Source: a virus. From it: DNA of 64,000 nucleotides. The translations under genes and the position numbers were made by a program. Location of the stretch: positions 18,577 to 82,576 of the IMG/VR virus record IMGVR_UViG_3300020159_000429. One strand, written 5' to 3'. Below, piece by piece: positions 11,401 to 20,400 of the stretch. Each line of letters begins with the position of its first letter. The stretch's first letter is position 1. Under the pieces are notes generated by a model. The model ran no database searches. It was given only the letters and a program-made list of their open reading frames with translations, and had not been told where the DNA came from.

Positions 11401-14400
11401 TGAAGTTATCCAAGGGCACGACGGAAGTATTATTATTGCGTTTGGAGATTTTCGAGATCAAGTGATTTTAGAATTAGAAAAAAGAATTTATAATAATATT
11501 AAAATTAATTATGATTCTTCAATTTATGACATTGACAGCCTATCTGGCGGATATCAAGCAAATGCGTTGTTTGAAATTGACGTAGTTAATGCGGTTATTG
11601 AACCAGAGTTTTTAAAATGGGCTAATAATTTAGGTATTGACATTTATAAAAATGATATATATCAAGCTGAAAATCCTTTTACTTACACCTACTTCAGAGC
11701 ATCGGACAAACAAAAACGTGTAAAATTGCCACAAGCATGGCGTGGAATATACAATTACCTATACGACACCGATAGACCGCATATTTGTCCATGGGAAATG
11801 TTAGGATTCTCTGAGCAGCCTGTTTGGTGGGAAGATGAATATGGTCCTGCTCCGTATACCAGAGGCAATTTATTATTATGGGAAGATCTAGAACAGGGAT
11901 TAATTAGACAAGGACCTACTGCTGGCATTAATTTGAGATATGCTAGACCTGGCTTGTTGACCTACTTGCCAGTCAATGATATTGGGCAGTTATTATCTCC
12001 TCAAGAAGCAACAGCAATTATTGATTATTCATTAAATCGAATCAACGAAGATTATCAATTTGGTGACCATGGTCCTGTAGAAAATGCGTGGAGACGCAGT
12101 TCGTTATATCCGTTTTCTCTAATGATAGCTGCTGCTATTTTAACACCGTTTGATTTTATTTCATCAAATTTTGACAAGACCAAAATTACTAAAAATATAT
12201 TAGGTCAATTGGTTGATAAAAATACTGGTACATTTATAAACAAAGACTCGCTAATTTATAGTTTAGAAAATTCTCCTGCCGGCGTGTTCACTTATGTACA
12301 AAATTATCTAAAATTTAATTCTATGAACTTGTCGGTACTAACTGACATTTTTAAAAATATTGATGTTAAATTAACGCATAGAATTGGCGGATTTGTTGAA
12401 AAAGATAGACAAAGATATATTTTAGAAAGTAAGAGTCCTACTTCAAAATCAGCTGCGGTGTTTATTCCGCCCGAAGATTACCAAATCATATTCAATACTA
12501 GTACGCCTGTTAAGTCGATTAGTTATTCAGGTATGGTTGTAGAAAAAGTCGATGGCGGTTTCAAACTATTTGGTTACGATAGATTAAATTCTTTCTTTAC
12601 TTGTTACGATTTTTATCAACAACTAAATGACCCAACTTTAACAGTTGGCGGTATTAGTGAAAAATATCTTGATTGGGACGCTGAAAGATTTTACGGAAAA
12701 GGCACGGTAGTGAGATATCAGTCGTTGTACTATAGATGTATAACAAATCATACATCCGGAGCAACATTTATCTCTGAAAACTTTGTACGACTTCCGACGC
12801 TGCCATTGACCGGTGCAATTGAATCAATTAAAAGAACCAAGTTTAATAAAACTTCGTTAAAACGAGTAGCCTATAATTCTGTGTTTACTACAATCCAAGA
12901 AGTGGTTGATGTTATCTTAGGCTACAGTGAATGGTTAACGGATCAAGGTCTAGTATTTGATGAGTTTAATAAAGATCTAGCATCACCCAACGATTGGGAA
13001 TTGTCAGCAAAAGAATTCATGTTCTGGACATCACACAACTGGGCAGTTGGAGCACTGATAGCACTTAGCCCTGCTGCTGCAATGTTAAAAATTGCCAATG
13101 TTGGCAGTGTGGCTGAAAATATTTTAGATAATTTTTACGATTACAATATTTTTAGAAATGACGGTACTAAAATTCCAGCATCGGATATACAAGTTTACAG
13201 AAGTTACAACGAGTTTATTTTAACTCCGTTAGATACAACCGCCGAGGGAATTTATTTTGCAAAAATAAATTTTGTACAAAAAGAACATGTTGCGGTTTTC
13301 AACGATAAAACAATGTTTGGCGATGTTATCTTTGATAAAGGACCAGGATATAGACAAGAGCGTATGAAGCTAGTTGGCTTTAGAACCACTGACTGGGACG
13401 GCGATTATACCAGCCCAGGTTTTATCTACGACGAAGCTAATATTGATCCGTGGGAATCATTTAAAGATTACAAGTTGGGTGATATTGTACAGTATAGACA
13501 ATATTATTATGTAACTAAAAAATCTCACACAGGCACATCAGAATTTGATGCCAATAACTGGGAACGATTAGATTCTTATCCTACTGCTGGATTAGTAGCA
13601 AACTTTGATTACAAAATTAATCAAATTGAAGATTATTTTGAATTAGGTTATCAAGGAATAGACGACACTGAAAAACAATTAGCAAGACATACTATTGGTT
13701 ATCAAAAGCGAAACTACCTTGAGGAACTAGCTCAGGATGAAGTTACACAATTTAGAATTTATCAAGGGTTTATTAGAGAAAAAGGAACTCAAAATTCTAT
13801 AACAAAAATATTTGACAAACTAAGCAAATTAGATCAAGATGCTATTGAGCTAAAAGAAGAGTGGGCATTTTTACTAGGTTCGTTTGGCGGGTCAGCACAA
13901 TTTAAAGAACTTGAATTATTAATAGATCAAAAAGATATTAAACTAAATCCTCAACCGATTATTATCGATAGTAGAGGATTGTCAAAAGTTAACTATCAGA
14001 ATTATATTCTAACAGCACCAAATAATTTTACTATTGGTAATGCCGATTATAAGTTTCCAACTAAAACCTATCCAGTTGCTGAATCGTCGGCTGGCTATGT
14101 TTATTCTGGCGATGTTGATTTTATTGTTAAGACACGAGACAATCTATATGCTCTTGATATTAACCAGCTAAAAGACGGTTCAACTGTTTGGGTAACATTC
14201 GATAATACTGGATGGACTGTATTGCGATACACTATTACTGATGTGATTATCGGAGCAGTTGCGGTAGTTGATACAACATCAGTGACTATGGAAACTAACA
14301 AGCCACACGGTATAAAAGTTGGTGAAATTATTGGAATTAACAATGTTAGATTCTTAGAAGGATTTTGGAAAGTTAAACTAGTTGCTCCAACAACTATAAT

Positions 14401-17400
14401 AATTGAAATTGCTGGCTATGACGAAGAGCCTGTGATTGATGAAAGTTCCTTTGCTACTATTTCAATATTTGAACCATTGCGAGTTGGTTCTTATGACAGT
14501 CTAGTATCTGACAGATTTGCGGCATATCGTGAAGGCACTAAAACATGGTTAGATGACAACGGTAGTGGAAACTGGGAAGTTTTAGAAAAACGTAGAGTTT
14601 ATAGTCCTATCTCCGTAGCAAACTACGGTGTTGCGTTTCCAACAGGAACCGGTAAAAGCGTACTGTTTATTGAAGGTAGGAATCAAACCGTATCAGCAAA
14701 TCCTGGACAGGTTGTTCCGACAGGGGAAGTTATTAGAGAATCTGCTGTTGTTGTTTACGGACAAAGTCAAGAGGGATTAATACCTTTACAAATTCTTAAT
14801 CCTAATTCTAATCTAAGATCAGTGTTCTTAGGAACATACGGCGAAGTGTTATCAGCCAGCAAAGATGGTCGATGGCTAATGGTAGGATCGCCTAAGGTTT
14901 CAAACATCCCAAGTAATTATAAAGAAACATTTAGTCCTACAGCAACATATAATCCTGGAGACACTGTCCTCTATGCTGGAAAGTTATGGCAAGCACAGAG
15001 AACTGTACTTGGGGATGGCTCAACAATAGACATAGCTAGTGATGACTGGTCTCCGGCAACCGAACATCTGGCCAACCCTCTGGGCATTGGTCTATACGAT
15101 GTTAATCAGGGATATAGACAGCAGGGTGCTTTAGAAATTTTTGAGTATGACGAAGTATTCAGTCAGTATCAATTGCGTCATACAATTATAAGTCCTCGTC
15201 CTGCTCACGGTGAGCATTTTGCGTCAACAATTACTTTGGGTAAACGTGAAGGCATTGAGGGAACTAGCGGAGATGTTACCTTAACAATATCTGCTATTGA
15301 TGAAGTTGGTGGAATTTTAGCAGTTTCAGCTCAAGGCGAAAGTGGACTTGTTGATGCTAGATTTTCAAACGTTAGTGGAATTGATATCAGTCTTCCTGGA
15401 TCAAACGCTACATTTGATGTTTTAAAATCTAACAACACCTACACTGTTTTAGTTAGAACCGGCGGAACAAGATACGCTGTCGGCGATAGAATTAAAATTA
15501 CTGGAAGTAATTTACTAGGACTAACACCGTTTAATGATTTAATTATAACCGTTACTGCCGTAACGTCAAGCGGCGAAATTGTTGGCTCTGCCACTTATAA
15601 TAATATTTCTGGTATTAACTCAATACTGCCAGCTGTAGCGGCTACTTTCCGTGTAGCAAAATCTGACACTAGATATTCAGTGACAAAAATTATTGGTGGC
15701 CAAGGCTATGCCTCAAGAAGTATTGTTAGATATTCTGGTCGTTTATATGCCTGTATTAAAGATACAAGAGTAGACTTTGGTGTTTGGGATCCTAACAGAA
15801 CTTATCAAATTGGCGATGTAGTAAAATATCCAGCAAATTCTACAGCATATTACACAGCATTAGGGTTGAACACTGGAGTATTACCTACTAATGAAACAAC
15901 TTGGGAAGTAGCAGAACCAATATTTCCAACTAATCAAGAATATTGGGAACAAGTATCAGGAGCAATTTTTGCTGAAACTGCTGTTGAATGGTCTGACTTA
16001 AATTTACAAGGCACTAGAATTAATTACACCGCCGGAACAATTATAGTTATTCCAGGCAGTCAATTGGGCGGTATCGATGGCCAACACAATATTACAATTC
16101 GTATAAATTCTGTTACTGCAGAAACAGCCATTGATAATTACTCATTTAGAGGAACTGCATCATCTGGAATTATATGGTCTGGAGTTGGCACATCGGGAGA
16201 GCGACAGTTTAACGACCTTCAGGGTGAAGATATTAGCGAACCTGGCCAAGGCGCAATTTTTGATGTAATACGTGAAAATGGAAATTATTTGGCGGTAGTT
16301 AATGTTGCTGGAACACGTTACAATGTTGGAGATCAAATACGCCTACTAGGAACTACCTTGGGCGGAGTTGAAGAATCATATTATATGCTTGTAGGAGCTC
16401 CCGGTTCAAGAGATGAATCGGGCAGATCTTATTTGTACAAGTTTGATGGAGCAGGTTGGAAACATCTTGACGATCCTAATTTTGTAGGAGTTTATACATC
16501 ATCTAAAAATTATCCAGTTGGATCTCGTGTGTGGTATAATACTTCATACTGGCAAGCAATTGAAAATGTTCCAGCATTACCTAATAATCAACCGGGCGTT
16601 GGTAGTTGGGAAGAAGTTGCTGAAATAAACGTTGGAATAATGCCAGCATCAGCAGCTTATGTTGATGACGGATCAACTATACAACAAGGGTTACTCGGTG
16701 ATGTTGAATTCTTAAATATTGGTAGTAATTTTGGAACTTCATCAGCATTTAACAAAGATGCTTCATTATTGGTAGTATCTGCTCCTAAAAACGACACTGC
16801 TGATTTTGAAAATTTTAGAGGAGTTTGGAAAAACAATATCAACTACTCTGTTGGCCAAGTAGTTAAGAAAGGAATATTTTACTACAACTGTTTAATTAAC
16901 AACGTTAATACAGCACCAGAAACAGCACAGTCAGTGTGGCAAGAAAACACAGATTCAACTCTTGGAAAAACAGGCGCAGTGTTTGTCTATGAACGCGACG
17001 AGTTTGATACATACAATTTAATTCAAACAATTGATGCCGATCAGGTAGAATTAGAAGCAGGTGATGAGTTTGGTCACAAATCAATACTTACAGAATCTGG
17101 AACTAGGCTTTTCGTCTCAGCACCAAACTTTGATTATCTAGGAAAAGATCAAGGTAGTGTTTTTATATTTGATAAAGTTGCTGGACAATTTGTATTAACA
17201 CAAAAGCTCAACGGTATTGTTATGGAGCCAGGCGAACGATTTGGTGCCAACATATCAGTATCTCCAGACGAAAAAACATTAGCAATATCAGCTGAAGGTG
17301 CTAGAACTTATAAAACAACAATTTTTGACAGCGGACAAACTGCGTTTGATAGATTTGTAACTAACTTTAGAGATTCTCAAGGTATTACAGGCAAAGTTTA

Positions 17401-20400
17401 TGTATACAACAATTTCACAGGAGCATTTGTTCTTTCAGAAATATTAGATCAAGGACTTAACACCAACGAAGACTTTGGCCAAGGCCTAGCAGTGGCTAAC
17501 AGTTCTATAATTGTTGGATCGCCGTCCTACATATCAGATGATCCTGCGTTCAACACCGTTCGTATTGGTCGCTTACAAAAGTTTGATAAAGTGCCTGGAG
17601 TTAAACCTTGGTATACTATTAGAAAACAAACTGATCAAGTTAATATCGATTTGTTAAAAACATTATCGTTGTACGATAAGTTTAACAATGTAAAGATTGC
17701 TGATATAGATATATTAGACCCGTACAAGGGAAAAATATTATCGGAAGCAGATCAACATATTAATTTTAAAACTTCGTATGATCCAGCCGTTTATTCTGTA
17801 GGCACCGATTTATCAGCAGTTGATATAGATCAATCATGGCAGTCGGATAAGGTTGGATTAATTTGGTGGGATTTATCTGCTATAAAGTGGAATCTCAGCG
17901 AACAAGATTCTCTAGCATTTAGAAATGGCAATTGGGGGTCATCGGCTGTTGGTAGCTCGGTTGATATTTACGAGTGGGTTGAGTCATCACTAAGACCAAG
18001 CGAATGGAATCAGATTACAGAAACTTCTGAAGCATTTGTTGAAGGCATCAGCGGTACTGCGTTGTACGGAGATGATTCAAATTATTCTGTGAGAGTTATA
18101 TTAGATACAACAACAGGTTTGCCGTTAAACACAATTTATTATTACTGGGTAAAGAATAAATCTACTATTCCTCCAGCCGTTAACAGAATATTCAGTGCTC
18201 AACAAATTGCTAGCTACATTTCGTCTCCAGCATCGTCGGGGTTGCCATACGCATTATTAACTTCTGAAAATACTCTAAGTTTGGTTAATACATCGTCAGT
18301 TGTTGATCAAGACGAGTTTATAATTAATATTCAATTTTACGAAGAAGAAAAAGACATCAATCTAGTACACACTGAGTATCAACTATTATCAGAAGGCGCA
18401 TTGGCACTTCCTAATACTGAGTTAGAAAATAAATGGATTGACAGTTTAATTGGTGAAGACATTGCCGGACAGGCGGTGCCTGATAGAAAATTATCTTCTA
18501 AATTAAGATACGGAATATCAGCAAGACCAAGACAAACTATGTTTGTTAATAGAAATAATGCGGTTAATCTAACAATTGAATACATCAACAATATTCTTAA
18601 GAACAAACCGTTCGCAGAAAACATTGATTATATCAATTTAAACTTAATAGATAACGCACCTTCAAACATTAAAAATCTATACGATCAAGTGTTAGAAACC
18701 GAAGCTGAGTTAAGATTCATAGCAACATCTAAAATTAAAACTGCTGTACTAAAAGCAAATATTGTTAATGGACACATTAACACAGTTGATGTCATTGACG
18801 GCGGATACGGATACAAACTTCCACCTAGCATAAAAATTGTTGGATCGGGTACTGGTGCGTCGTTACGTACAGTATTAAATCAAAATGGGTCAATTACATC
18901 AGTTACAGTAGTAAATCAAGGTAAGAAATATCTTACAGCATCGCTGATTGTTAGACCTTTTTCTGTGTTAGTTAACACAGACTCTACTGTAAATAATTTC
19001 TGGAGCATTTACTCCTTAGATGAAAAGAACAAAGAATTTTATAGATCAGCAACACAGTCGTTTGATACTACTAAATTTTGGAATAAAGTTGATTGGTGGT
19101 TACCACCGTTTAACAACACATCTAAAATTAGAAAATCAATAGCTGGACTATACGAAGAGCCAGGTTTAGAGTTAGCTCTTGGTGAATTGGTTCGTTTAGA
19201 TAACTATGGTGCCGGCGGATGGGCAGTACTTGAAAGAGTAACTGCTGATCAAGCTGATATCGCTGGCAAATATAGATTAGTGGGAAGAAAATTAGGAACT
19301 ATACAGATTATTAACAAGTTCTATAATACTGACATCGAGTCAACTGGCTACGATTTAACTCAGGCATTTGACAGTAACAAGTACGATACATCTGCCGCAA
19401 TTGAATTTAGAAATATTCTTAGAGCTGTTAAAGAGGATATTTTTGTTGACGAACTAGCGGTTGAATGGAATAAATTATTTTTTGCCTGCGTTCGATGTGT
19501 TTTCTCAGAACAATTATATGTTGATTGGGCATTTAAAACAAGTTTTGTAAATGCCACACACAATGTAGGATATTTAGAAAAGAAATTAAACTACAAAAAT
19601 GATAATTTATCTAGTTATCAATCTTATATTGAAGAAGTTAAACCTTACAGAACTAAGATTAGAAACTATGTTAGCAAATATTTTAATATTGAAAACGCAA
19701 ATCAAGTAACTACTGATTTTGATTTACCGCCGGTATGGGATGCTAATACAAATTCTGTTAAAATAATTAACAGTAATTCTTTAGAAATAGATCAATACCC
19801 TTGGAAATTATGGAAAGATAATAATCATTATTCGGTTGTTGAAATTAAACTAGTCAGTGTTGGTACAGGATACTCGTCCGTTCCTCAGATTGTGTTTGTA
19901 GGTGGCGGTGGCAGCGGTGCTACTGCTCAAGCATATATTTCTAATGGTAAAATTTCTAAGATTTTATTAACTAATCCTGGATCTGGATATACGTCTGCTC
20001 CAACAGTAAGTGTTGTTGGAGGTGTTGGCAGCAACTTACAAAATGCTGCTAAGGCAATTGCTGTAATTGGTGATTCAAAAGTTAGAACGTTTGATATGAA
20101 AATTAAATTTGATAGGATTTCTAAAACTCCTAAATTTAAATCATATAGCTTTGACGAGAAATTTAAAGAAACAGAAAATTTTGTAGCTGGCAATAAGCAA
20201 ACAGCTTATCGATTAAAATATGCTCCGTCATTAGATCAATCTACAATATCTGTGTCGGTAAACGGCGGCAGATTATTAGCAAGTCAATATTCAATTACAC
20301 TCTCAGAGGAACGTATTAACGGAGTTACAGAATTAGTTGGTAATCTTATTTTAAATGTAGCGGCTAATTTAAACGGTGTAGTATCAATTACCTATCAAAA

